Assembly: GCF_001194135.2 (NCBI RefSeq)
Contig: NC_068985.1
Span: 72,241,831-72,305,830 of the forward strand
Reading direction: 5' to 3'
Origin: Octopus bimaculoides
Taxonomy: Eukaryota
Length of the DNA stretch: 64,000 nucleotides
Below the pieces are notes generated by a model. That model was not told the DNA's origin. It was given only the letters and a program-made list of their open reading frames with translations, and ran no database searches. Positions 1 through 11,865 of the stretch are shown here, one piece after another. The first letter of the stretch is position 1, and each line of letters starts with the position of its first letter. Both the position numbers and the translations under genes were made by a program.

Positions 1-348
1 ACTGTGCTAGTATATTTCATCAGTTTTGCTTTGTTGTAGGATTGGTTTGGTTGTTATGTCCGTTTGTTGTGTATAATATTTGCAATATGTCTTATTTTAT
101 TTGGTGGTATGTGTACGTGTTTCATATGTAGTTTATGATTGGTGGTATTTTAATGTTGGCTAGTGATTGTGTAGGCTATGTGCTATGTAGAATGTGTTTT
201 ATTATTGTGTGGCAACTATGTAGAATGTGTGTCATTATTGAGTATTGATTATGTAAATGTTTGTATTGCGTTATTTAATTAGATGGTGATTGTATTTCAT
301 ATATGCTCTGTACATTGGTGTTCTATGTTTTATTACTGGATGGCGATA

Positions 349-570
349 AAGGCAACAAGCTGGTACAATCATTAGCATGCTGGGCAAAATGCTTAGTGGC
401 ATTTCATTCATCTTTGTGTTCTGCATTGAAATTCCACTGAGGTCGACTTTGCCTTTCATCCCTTCAGGGTCAGTAAAATGAGTATCAGTTGAGCATTGGG
501 TGGGGAAGTCAATGTAATCGACTTACCCCTCTCCCAAACTTGCAGGCCTTGTGCCAAAATTTCAATCCAA
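349..570 (+). mobile_element. SINE family A copy (aaggcagcaagctggcagaatcattagc...gtcgactttgcctttcatcc...aagtaccagt...ccaaaatttgaaacc)
   Basis: Recurrent ~210-bp element. Other + copies at ~8769-8975, 15870-16070, 47174-47390, 54350-54555 and 55709-55922. Confidence 0.75.
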
Positions 571-1574
571 TACAGGATGGTAATCATGATTACTATGTGT
601 GCTGTGTAGGTTGCAATATATTATTTAGTGGCTCTTGAGTAGAATATGAGTTATATGAGCTATAGATTGAGTGTGGGAAATGTGAGCAGAATTAATAAAG
701 TAATGGACAGTATACTTTATATTACTGTGTTCAGCCCCATCACATTCCTATTTGAGATCTTCTTGGAGTTGACACTCCTAGTTGAAATAAATAAGTACCA
801 TTATAATGGAGGAATACATTGGTAAAAATAGCATTGTAGCATACAAAATACCTTGTAGAATTTAGTTTTTTGCTTCTCTCTACATTTTAAATTGTAATCA
901 CAAGTCAGACTCAGGGGTAATAATTGAATACTAGTAATGTACTGAGGTTGATAAAATCAACTGCTTTGTCCACTGTCTTGCTTTCTTGTTTTTCAGTTAT
1001 TTATTATTTATATATTTATTTTTTATTCTTTATATTTATGTTCTTTATTCTTTACTTTTGTATTTTTTATTGTATTTGTTTCATCTTCCTCTGCTTTCTT
1101 GCTTTTTTTTTTCTCCTTCATTCTGGTCTTTTTGTTTTTCCTCTCATTCTTCTTTTTCTCCTTCTCCTCCTCTTCCTCCTTGTTACACGCTATATCAGTC
1201 GCTTCCCCTTCTTCCTTTCCTTTGCTCTGCTTCACTCCCTTCTTTTTTCTTACACTTATCTAGTGTCTTGCCTAACATTTCGTCCTTCTTTGCCACCAGC
1301 CCACTTGTATGTAAGAGACCACATCAAGGTTGTCTCCAAGTGTCAGCTGATCCAATGAAAACCACCCAATTGATGTGTATTTAAAGGAAATCCAAGTATG
1401 GATATTCGGATATTCAGTTGCCTGAGGAGCAAGAAAAAGAGATTCCAAGTTCTGACTCATGCAGACTCAGCTTTGAATAAATGTTATTACACTTTACTTA
1501 CCAGTATTGAGTACTTTTTTTCACTTCATTGAAATTCACACCAGTGTGAACCCATAATCATCTATACACGAGTA

Positions 1575-1607
1575 TGTATGTGTGTGTGCATGCGCGTGTG
1601 CTCAGGC

Positions 1608-1647
<40 letters not shown>

Positions 1648-1715
1648 GCACACACATATATATCTATTTACACACACACACATATATATACATAAATATA
1701 TAAATACATATATAT

Positions 1716-1758
<43 letters not shown>

Positions 1759-1847
1759 CACATGTATGCATATATACATAAATATACATATATATACACA
1801 CACACACACACATATATATATACACACACACACATATATATATATAT

Positions 1848-1896
<49 letters not shown>

Positions 1897-1910
1897 TATA
1901 CATATAGATA
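1575..1910. repeat. Compound (AT)n/(AC)n microsatellite
   Basis: Visible. Similar tracts at ~5050-5350, 10190-10345, 10988-11049, 17270-17370, 22955-23070, 23560-23635, 27120-27285, 27980-28100, 42305-42540, 52800-52920 and 60570-60710. Confidence 0.95.
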
Positions 1911-1984
1911 TATCATTTTTAGAAAAGCATAAATCTGGAGAAGCACACTCTAAGAAGTAGAGCAGTCTATATTTTTTCCGGTCT

Positions 1985-2050
1985 ATGGGGTTACCCTGGG
2001 TTTCCCATCCATAAAGGGTTTAACTTTATGGTATATCATCAGATCCCAAA
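1985..2050 (-). ncRNA. Putative type I hammerhead ribozyme in the PLE 3' region
   Basis: Minus strand: uuuugggau CUGAUGA uauaccauaaag-uuaaacc-cuuuauggaugg GAAA cccagg GUA accccauag. Intact core, 8-bp distal stem II, 5 of first 6 stem I pairs, GUA cleavage triplet. PLE context is consistent. Confidence 0.6.
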
Positions 2051-2512
2051 ATCTATTGGCTTATGACCTCTTTAAAATTTGGCAGGGAAAAGTCTGGATT
2101 ATTTCCCTTTACCAATGGCTATCGGCTTCCAGCCGTACTGCCATCGTTCAGCTGTAACAGAAAACAATAGGGGATTGTCTCCCTCTCCCGTTAGCTATCA
2201 ACTTTTGACAGTTCCCAAAAGGCCAGCAGAAATCTCCTAAAATGCAAACATGGCCTGAAAGCTTCTGTTCTGGTGTTAAGTATAGCCCTTGGCTTGAGTG
2301 AGTCCCTTAGGATTCTCATGCATTCAGCTATGCACAGCTTGCAGCATTTCGTCTCGTTGACAGTAGGGGCCCGGGTTTTCGAGGATTTTCCATGAGTTTG
2401 AGTGTAATGCTCCGTTGTCTTTTAGTTGCCAAACGTGGCTGGCCAGTGATCTTTTCTGGAACGCTAATAGAGGATCCATGGTTCCAACCATGCTTAACTC
2501 CTGAATGAAGAT
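2050..2512 (-). mobile_element. Penelope-like element (PLE), 3' end of GIY-YIG endonuclease plus 3' flank; continues into an N gap
   Basis: Minus-strand translation LASHVWQLKDNGALHSNSWKILENPGPY, then after one frameshift KCCKLCIAECMRILRDSLKPRAILNTRTEAFRPCLHFRRFLL...*, stop at 2191-2193. Matches the PLE GIY-YIG C-terminal pattern (H-W-LK...W.IL...CxLCxxE...LN.R.E...C.H...FLL). CpGs are retained. Confidence 0.8.
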
Positions 2513-4430
2513 NNNNNNNNNNNNNNNNNNNNNNNNNNNNNNNNNNNNNNNNNNNNNNNNNNNNNNNNNNNNNNNNNNNNNNNNNNNNNNNNNNNNNNNN
2601 NNNNNNNNNNNNNNNNNNNNNNNNNNNNNNNNNNNNNNNNNNNNNNNNNNNNNNNNNNNNNNNNNNNNNNNNNNNNNNNNNNNNNNNNNNNNNNNNNNNN
2701 NNNNNNNNNNNNNNNNNNNNNNNNNNNNNNNNNNNNNNNNNNNNNNNNNNNNNNNNNNNNNNNNNNNNNNNNNNNNNNNNNNNNNNNNNNNNNNNNNNNN
2801 NNNNNNNNNNNNNNNNNNNNNNNNNNNNNNNNNNNNNNNNNNNNNNNNNNNNNNNNNNNNNNNNNNNNNNNNNNNNNNNNNNNNNNNNNNNNNNNNNNNN
2901 NNNNNNNNNNNNNNNNNNNNNNNNNNNNNNNNNNNNNNNNNNNNNNNNNNNNNNNNNNNNNNNNNNNNNNNNNNNNNNNNNNNNNNNNNNNNNNNNNNNN
3001 NNNNNNNNNNNNNNNNNNNNNNNNNNNNNNNNNNNNNNNNNNNNNNNNNNNNNNNNNNNNNNNNNNNNNNNNNNNNNNNNNNNNNNNNNNNNNNNNNNNN
3101 NNNNNNNNNNNNNNNNNNNNNNNNNNNNNNNNNNNNNNNNNNNNNNNNNNNNNNNNNNNNNNNNNNNNNNNNNNNNNNNNNNNNNNNNNNNCAACAGACA
3201 TCAGCCAGTAAACATTCTAGTATATCTATTTATTCCAATGTATTCTTCTAATACATTGGAATAAATAGACATACTAGAATGTTTACTGGCTGATGTCTGT
3301 TGATTTTGTATCCTCTCCACTTTCTTATTTGCCATATAAATCAAGGGTATAACACTCAATTGCAAGCTTGCCATGCAATAACTAGCACTTGAGGAAGAAT
3401 AACTGGGTACACTGCCAGCAGTATATTGGATAGATACTATCCCTTAGTTGGTTTCTCAACCTCTAGCTCACACACACACACACATATGTGTGTGTGTGTG
3501 CGTGTATCATCATCATCGTTTAACGTCCGCCTTCCATGCTAGCAGAGTTTCTACAGCTGGATGCCCTTCCTAATGCCAACCACTCAGAGAGTGTAGTGGG
3601 TGCTTTTACGTGTCACCCGCACGAAGGCCAGTCAGGCGGTACTGGCAACGGCCACGCTCGAAATGGTGTCTTTTATGTGCCACCCGCACAAAAGCCAGTC
3701 CAGGGGCACTGGCAACNNNNNNNNNNNNNNNNNNNNNNNNNNNNNNNNNNNNNNNNNNNNNNNNNNNNNNNNNNNNNNNNNNNNNNNNNNNNNNNNNNNN
3801 NNNNNNNNNNNNNNNNNNNNNNNNNNNNNNNNNNNNNNNNNNNNNNNNNNNNNNNNNNNNNNNNNNNNNNNNNNNNNNNNNNNNNNNNNNNNNNNNNNNN
3901 NNNNNNNNNNNNNNNNNNNNNNNNNNNNNNNNNNNNNNNNNNNNNNNNNNNNNNNNNNNNNNNNNNNNNNNNNNNNNNNNNNNNNNNNNNNNNNNNNNNN
4001 NNNNNNNNNNNNNNNNNNNNNNNNNNNNNNNNNNNNNNNNNNNNNNNNNNNNNNNNNNNNNNNNNNNNNNNNNNNNNNNNNNNNNNNNNNNNNNNNNNNN
4101 NNNNNNNNNNNNNNNNNNNNNNNNNNNNNNNNNNNNNNNNNNNNNNNNNNNNNNNNNNNNNNNNNNNNNNNNNNNNNNNNNNNNNNNNNNNNNNNNNNNN
4201 NNNNNNNNNNNNNNNNNNNNNNNNNNNNNNNNNNNNNNNNNNNNNNNNNNNNNNNNNNNNNNNNNNNNNNNNNNNNNNNNNNNNNNNNNNNNNNNNNNNN
4301 NNNNNNNNNNNNNNNNNNNNNNNNNNNNNNNNNNNNNNNNNNNNNNNNNNNNNNNNNNNNNNNNNNNNNNNNNNNNNNNNNNNNNNNNNNNNNNNNNNNN
4401 NNNNNNNNNNNNNNNNNNNNNNNNNNNNNN
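2513..4430. other. Assembly gaps (N runs 2513-3191 and 3717-4430; others at ~11050-11259, 41650-42304, 43452-43542 and smaller)
   Basis: Runs of n, mostly flanked by microsatellites or repeats. Confidence 0.99.
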
Positions 4431-5222
4431 ATGACTTTGATTCACTATAATGATTCATAATAATAATTTTTATATTTCATAATTCCACCTCAAATCATTT
4501 AATTGTATGTATACAACTTTCCTTTTCTTAAAAAAGCCTTTATTTTTTTATATCTAATGTGCCTTTTCTTTATTTTCTTTTTTAATTTTACCCTATTTAT
4601 ACCACGTGTAGTCTTTTCTCTTTGAAACCTATTTCTATTATATATATATATATATATATATATATCTATATATATAGTTCATAAATGAGAGTCAGATATT
4701 CTCAGTATAGAATACAGTTCGTAGTGCTCAAGTGGTTTAAACTTGAATGGGTAGAGGATTAAATATAAGGATAAGCAAGTTAGGCTGGTCGATATACAAA
4801 GAATATTAAATTTAATACAAAAAATGTATATATGTTTACATACAAAAAGGTCCAGCTTGCATAGAATAGAAATGATATCAAGAATTAAAGGGGTTGAAAA
4901 AGAGTATTACAAATTCAACAGCTGTTTCTGGGAGCTAGCTAGTCTAAAATAATGATGATAAATTGATTCCATTGTCAGATGATATGAGCCTCCATCTTCA
5001 GGAAAGAAATCTTACATTTGAGATGTTGACAGGAAGGAGATTAAAGATGGAATATATATATATGTGTACACACACACACACACACATATATACACACACG
5101 CATATATACACACACACATATATATATATACAGAGAGACAGAGATAAATATATATATAAGAATAGAAAACTCTGGGACACAAGTGGAATTTCAAGTGCAA
5201 TGAACTCTCACCCATACATTCA

Positions 5223-5260
<38 letters not shown>

Positions 5261-5806
5261 CACTCATACACACACATATATATGCATACATATGTATATA
5301 TATGTACCTATACTAGTATATATATATGTATGTTTTTGTGTGTGTATATTCTAGTATATATACATATATTTATACGCATAATCATTTCTAATTGTAATTG
5401 TCATATTAAACAGATTGCTGGCAGGGAAGAAGGCCTTTAGCTATGATAATTACATACACCTAGCAAGGAAGTGTTCTATCAATGTACTAACATGACAGTT
5501 GTTTTGATGTACTGACATAACACTTCATTACCAACAACCATCATTTCAAAATGTTGCTGCTATACTATGTTGCTAATAAAATATGAGCAACAGTATACAT
5601 GTGTGTGTGTGTGTGTGTGTGTGGGTGTGTGTGTGTGTGTGTGTGTAATACATTATATCCTACAGTGCATTCAGTTCTAGCTTTCACTATGTAGTCAATA
5701 ATGCAATAATAGATTGTAACTTTGTTTACATTGTCTCATACATATACATACATATTTTGAGATATAGATGTATGTGTTTGAGATACATAGTATATTTATA
5801 TACTAT

Positions 5807-5849
<43 letters not shown>

Positions 5850-6129
5850 TCTCCTACCTCAAGTAGCTGCAAGGAAGATGTATATCATAATACTGCACGA
5901 GAAATCTCTGTTCCCCATTAGTTTTTTTTTAAAGCTCTCAGTGTCTTGCTGTTTCTCCCAATGACACCAGTGCCACTGAGTGGTCTTTGCCCTCTTTTAG
6001 AGTACAAAAGACTTCAAAATATACATTGTGTGTGTGTGTGTGCGTGTGTGCATGTATATATGTGTAAAGCATAATTATATGATTGAGAAAAGATTTAGCA
6101 GAAATGTGATACTTGTGTTTGTGCTACAG

Positions 6130-6440
6130 TGGTGTACTGCTGATGTTCATTAGCCAATTTCCTAATGAGAAAGCTCCAAGAAAATTTCTTAGATAAGACT
6201 ATCCCTCTGTAACTTGCATTGACCAGGAGAAGGCAAACTTGAAAAAATACCATGCTCTGTAGTCTATTTGTTGTTAAAAAAAAATTGGACATTGATGAGT
6301 GGCATGAGATAGTCATGCAAGCCATGTACCAATATATTGTAATGAGTCCAACAAGAGGTTTAACATGCAGTATATGCCCATCAGAGCTCAGTTCTAAGCA
6401 CCCACATATTTATCATAGTTTTCCAAGGTATAATACTGGA
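6130..6440 (+). mobile_element. Degraded RTE-clade LINE reverse-transcriptase fragment
   Basis: Remnants FLMRKLQENFLDKTIPL..DQEKA and KKLDIDEWHEIVMQAMY resemble the RTE RT (RQLQEKF..LYLAFVDLEKA; KLGIDEWLVRAVQAMY), with stops and frameshifts. Confidence 0.65.
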
Positions 6441-7419
6441 GTTTAATAAGCCTAGTTGCTTATAGATTTTGTACACTAATAACCGAGTTCTCATAGCTGA
6501 ATCTGTAAAAGATTTAAGACAAGCTTCATTTTTTTTATTTGGTTTGCAAGATTCTTTATGTCAATTCATATGTAAAAACAAATTTTGCCTTGGGAAAGTC
6601 ATTATGCCAATATTAATAACACACGCACTGGTTCAATTCCACTCCTTGACTAATTGTAAAGGAGTGAAATTGAACCAGTGCATAGTGGAACTGAAGCAGT
6701 GCTTGTTTTATTAATATTGGCATAATGACTCTCCTAAGGCACAACAAAATTTAAGACAAGAAATTTTAAATAAAGAGGCATATCCCAGAAGGAAGAGACT
6801 TCAAAGAAGACAGGACTTTATTGCCACTGGGGAAATGTTCATGTTTAATATGCAGAAAAGAACCAGATAGGAACTCTGTTCTTTATAGAAAATGTAAATA
6901 TGATGATTGACAGACTGACAGAGAATGAAGATATGTATGTAACTGATACACAGAAGTTATTATACAGGGTGCAGGCAGAAATACCTCCCACATTTTAAAC
7001 TTTCACCTATGTGTTGCTAATGAACTTATGCAAGTGCCAATAATGTTTTCATTTAGCTAATGAACAAAAACTGTAACCCTTTGTTTAAACAACAGTAAAA
7101 TTAATTTTTCTTAAATATTGTTTCTTTTTTCCTTTTGTCAACCTTTCAAATGTGGGAGATATTTCTGCCGCACCCTGTAATAAAAGCAACTACAAAATAT
7201 AATTCTTTCAAAGACCCAAAAGGTTTCCCCATAAGTAGGTCAGGGTATTCTGAAGACTTGGAAGCTAGAGTAAAAGAGGGATGTAAAAAGTTCTGGGAGC
7301 TATTACCTTTCCTAGTAACAAGGAGATTCTCTCTCTCTAAATGGAGAGATGGATTTTATGATGATTCTTGTGTATGAAGTGTGACGTTACATGGTAACAA
7401 AATATTGGCTCTTAATGCA

Positions 7420-7765
7420 GACAATGTGTAAAGGCAAGAAAAAATAAGGCAAGCATACCCTACTGGATGTGTAATGATCAGATGAGCTAAAAGATAAATT
7501 GTACCTGAGTGGAATCAGATTTAGTGTGTGAAAGATATTTCACTGGTACAGACATGTGATGCTTATAGAGGCACAATACTCAAGTGCAGAAAATGTCAAG
7601 AGATGTACGTGGAAAGAACTTAAAGGGGAGGAAAACTGTGGAGGATGTTGTGAAAATTTGCTGAACCTCATAAAGTAGATAACAAATGGCAAGGCATTGT
7701 GTTAAAGAAGACACATCCAACGCATGGAATCATGGAAAATCAAATGTAAAATGACATATATGAGG
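7420..7765 (+). mobile_element. Degraded RTE-clade LINE 3' end
   Basis: Decayed RTE C-terminal motifs (..WY.HVM.., GRK/RKTW-like) ending in aagaagacacatccaacgcatggaatcatggaaaatcaaatgtaaaatga, similar to the 3' tail of SINE family C. Confidence 0.55.
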
Positions 7766-7769
7766 ATAA

Positions 7770-8221
7770 GCCTTTCAATAACTGCAGTTTGTTTTTAATT
7801 ATTTTTCTTCTTGATGAAATATTTCTTTCATACATATCACTAAATAGTGTCTCCCTCTAACCACTATGGTGTACGTATGACCTCCATATTTCAATTAAGA
7901 AAAGCAGTAATCCCTTTTCTGTGGGCAGCAGGTGCATCAATGGTTAAAATCCATAGAAGGCTTTCTATACAGTATGGAAACAGTGTTATGCTGCATGTCT
8001 ATGTACAGTTCACAAAATGGTTGCTTAAGAAACTATTTGGTTGCATTTATCAAGAAGGAACAGGATACTTGATCCCTTCCTATTCTGATGACAGCATTAA
8101 AAGAGTCCAAGATATGATTCTGTTCAACAGACAGGTAATTATAGATGAGATGTCAAAAATTATGCAAGTTAATCATGGTTCTGCCTATCAAACTGTCCAC
8201 AACAGACTTGGCCATAGTTAA
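7770..8221 (+). mobile_element. Mariner transposase N-terminal fragment (degraded)
   Basis: ORF 7847-8221: QLRKAVIPFLWAAGASMVKIHRRLSIQYGNSV...DSIKRVQDMILFNRQVIIDEMSKIMQVNHGSAYQTVHNRLG resembles the bipartite HTH region of mariner transposases. No catalytic domain is present. Confidence 0.75.
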
Positions 8222-9134
8222 TGCATTGTAGCAACTAGAAGGAGACCACATTTAGTGATACACATGCTACTAATCTTTCTACCTAAAAAAGAAAAAAAAA
8301 GAAAAGTGCATTACGAATAATTACTGGTCCATTTTTGTTACATGCATACACCCGCATGAATATTGTTGCTTTTACTGTCTTGCATTTATTATAACCATGC
8401 TATGCTTAAAATATTGGTTCTTCTTCAGTTACCATATTTAAGCAGTGCTTTGTCTAGTAAGTACCTAGATGGATGGCTGCTTGAAATTTTTGAGTACCAT
8501 AATGTGCCTTTATAGAATAAAGAAATTGTCAATGTTGCTGTGCCATAATGGTGGCAATGATGATGATAGCGGCAAGTTGATGAAGCTATTAGCATGCCAG
8601 ACAAAATGTTAGCAGAATTTAACCTGCTTTTATGTCCTGTTCAAGTTTCTCTGAAGACTACTCTGCCTTTCATCTTTATGGAGTCGATCAAATAAGGACC
8701 AGTTAAACACTGGAGTCAATCTAATCAACAGGTCTTGTGCTATATTAGAAAGGATGATTATTAGTATTAAGGCAACAAGGTGGCAGAATCGTTAGCTGCC
8801 AAGTGGACAAATGGCATTTCATCCATCTCTACATTCTGAGTTCATATTCTTCTGAGGTTGACTTTGGCTTTCATTCTTTTAGGGTTAATAAAATAAATAT
8901 CAGTTTAGTACTGGGATTGATGTTATCACCTTACCCGCTCCCCAAAATTGCTGGCTTTATACCAAACTGTGAAACCATTTTTATTGCTACTACTTCTGCT
9001 GCTGCTCATTTTTTCCTAACATATCAATAACAGTTATGCATGATGGCGTAATGTTTTTTTGATTTTTTTTAATTTGAACATCACAGTGTTTCCTGAGATT
9101 GAAATATATATATGTGTGTGTGTGTGTATGTGTA

Positions 9135-9174
<40 letters not shown>

Positions 9175-9454
9175 CAAACAAACTTGTATGCATGCTACAC
9201 TGAACAGAACCACTGTTCAGAGATAATCCATGTTTGTCTTGCAGTAATTAACTTTGCATGACTGTGTCGATAAGAGGTTTGGTTTGCAACCATAAGCTTT
9301 TGAATTTTATCCCAATGTGTGGCACCTTAGACAGATGTCTTCTACTACAGTGTCAAGTTGACCAATACTTTGTGAGTGAAATTTAGTAAAAGGAAAACTG
9401 AACTAAAGCCTATTATATATACACAGGTTTGCATGTGTGTATGTGTGTTTGCAT

Positions 9455-9839
9455 GGAGACACAATGGCCCAGTGGTTAGGGCAGCGGACTCGCAGTCATA
9501 GGATCGTGGTTTCGATTCCCAGACCGGGCGTTGTGAGTGTTTATTGTGCGAAAACACCTAAAGCTCCACGAGGCTCCGGCAGGGGATGGTGGCGAACCCT
9601 GCTGTACTCTTTCACCACAACTTTCTCTCATTCTTACATCCTGTTTCTGTTGTGCCTGTAATTTGAAGGGTCAGCCTTGTCACACTTTGTCACGCTGAAT
9701 ATCCCCAAGAACTATGTTAAGGGTACACATGTCTGTGGAGTGCTCAGCCACTTGCACGTTAATTTCACGAGTAGGCTGTTCCGTTGATCGGATCAACTAG
9801 AACCCTCAACGTTGTAAGTGACGGAGTGCCAACAACAAC
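9455..9839 (+). mobile_element. Young tRNA-derived SINE with target-site duplication
   Basis: Pol III box A TGGCCCAGTGG (9465-9475), box B GGTTTCGATTCC (9508-9519), (AAC)3 tail, 12-bp TSD GTGTGTTTGCAT at 9443-9454 and 9840-9851. Many intact CpGs. A diverged relative lies at ~53480-53790. Confidence 0.85.
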
Positions 9840-10260
9840 GTGTGTTTGCATGTCTGCACCAATAGGGCAGTGGTGTTTGTTATTTTCTCTATAAATGATG
9901 TCCCACTGCTTGGCAGTTCAACACATGAAAGCTAATAATATAAAACACCTAACTTGAAAATAAAGGTTGATGTTAGGAGAGGCATCCAGCGATAGAATAG
10001 TTACTCTAAGAAGCCACATCCAGCCCAGGCCATTATGGGAAAAGTGTATATAAAAATGCTGATGGAAATGATAATTGTATACATATTTATATATACATTT
10101 TTGTACATACATCTACCTTTTTATCTATTTGTCTATCTGACTCTCTGTTTACATACCTATCTGTTTATATATCTATATATAAACAGATACATGTGTGTAT
10201 GTTATGTGTGTGCATATATATGTGTGTGTGTGTATGTAGGTATGTATATGTGTGTGTGTG

Positions 10261-10299
<39 letters not shown>

Positions 10300-10985
10300 N
10301 NNNNNNNNNNNNNNNNNNNNATATATATATATATATATATATATATTCTTCTGCATTTCTAATTTAATTTATGCTGTATATTTAACTTATTTTTACTAGT
10401 TTTTGCTTAGCTTTTATGTATGACCTGATTAATATCTTTTGATATCCAACATTGATATTCATACTTACATTGAAAACATTTCTCACCATCCCATTCCTGT
10501 ATTCCAATCCGTATTTCATTAGTATTATCAACAAAATATTGAAATTACTTCGAAGAAATTCCCCAAACAAATTTTTGAATTATTTCCCCCTCTTTTTCAT
10601 TGTTTGTTTTCATTGGAATGTTTGGTTTGCCTTTTTTTTTTCGTTTGTTTTTTGCTTATTTTTCACTAGATTTTAAATAATTAGCTTGAGTGTATATTTG
10701 AATTGAATTTTTTTTTTTTTTTTTATATATATTATTTAATCCTATTTATTCATATTCTTTTACTTGTTTCAGTCATTGGGATACCATCTTCAAAGGTTTA
10801 AAATTATTATATTGATTTTAGTATTCTATTACTTCTTTATCGAACTTGTATGATGGTGTGTCAAAGTTGACCTGGAGATAAAGGGACAGAACTGGGAATG
10901 AACAAATGTTACTGCTAGATAGTTTTACCCAATGCACCAATTCTGCAATCTGACAGCAATATATGTCAAAGAATATATACAGATG

Positions 10986-11049
<64 letters not shown>

Positions 11050-11865
11050 NNNNNNNNNNNNNNNNNNNNNNNNNNNNNNNNNNNNNNNNNNNNNNNNNNN
11101 NNNNNNNNNNNNNNNNNNNNNNNNNNNNNNNNNNNNNNNNNNNNNNNNNNNNNNNNNNNNNNNNNNNNNNNNNNNNNNNNNNNNNNNNNNNNNNNNNNNN
11201 NNNNNNNNNNNNNNNNNNNNNNNNNNNNNNNNNNNNNNNNNNNNNNNNNNNNNNNNNNNTTTTTTTTTTTTTTTTTTTATATTCAAGTCTGCATACCCTG
11301 TTGTTTTCAAGTCTGTATATATCTGTTGTTTTTTTCTATCATAACCTTACTTAGTTCTCATTGATATGATACAGGAATCCGATTTAAGTGAAGATGATAT
11401 ACATTACCATCGAATTGATAAGGTAAAACTTTTTTAAACAAATAAAAAAAACTAAAGAATATTCAAATAAACCTCAAAATTTTGGCCGAATCTTCAACTA
11501 ACCTGGTTTGTTTGTGAATGTCAGAAAAATTCCTTACAACATCTCCTCACTTGTAACTGTGTATGTGTGAATATGTATGTATATGTTTTACTAGTTTCGG
11601 TCTTTGGACTGCAGCCATGTTGTAGCAAATGGAGTAAAGTTTCAGCTCCAGATATGTAAATAAGTTGTTATATGCAATAAGTAATTTCTTATTTCATTTA
11701 TAAATCCAAATGTCTATGCATGTTTTAACTTCTACAAGAACTATTTCAGACACTCACTTTCTCTCCTCCCCACTCTCCCTCGCCCTCATGCCGTCCTTGG
11801 TCTCTTTCTTCCACATCTTCCATCCACTTCTTATACAGCTGTGGGCATCCTTATGCATCACATTA

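Noticed and set aside
1387-1480. Plus-strand terminal exon KSKYGYSDIQLPEEQEKEIPSSDSCRLSFE*
   Set aside because: Weak acceptor (gtatttaaAG), and it overlaps a stronger minus-strand candidate.
924-1960. Long ORFs rich in F/L or YI/HT repeats (and similar ORFs throughout the track)
   Set aside because: They are translations of low-complexity pyrimidine tracts and (AT)n/(AC)n microsatellites, with no splice or homology support.
2328-4460. 230-300 aa ORFs made of X
   Set aside because: Artefacts of N gaps.
9455-9530. tRNA gene
   Set aside because: A and B boxes are present, but it continues into a ~385-bp repeat body with a TSD and lacks a closed acceptor stem; it is a SINE head.
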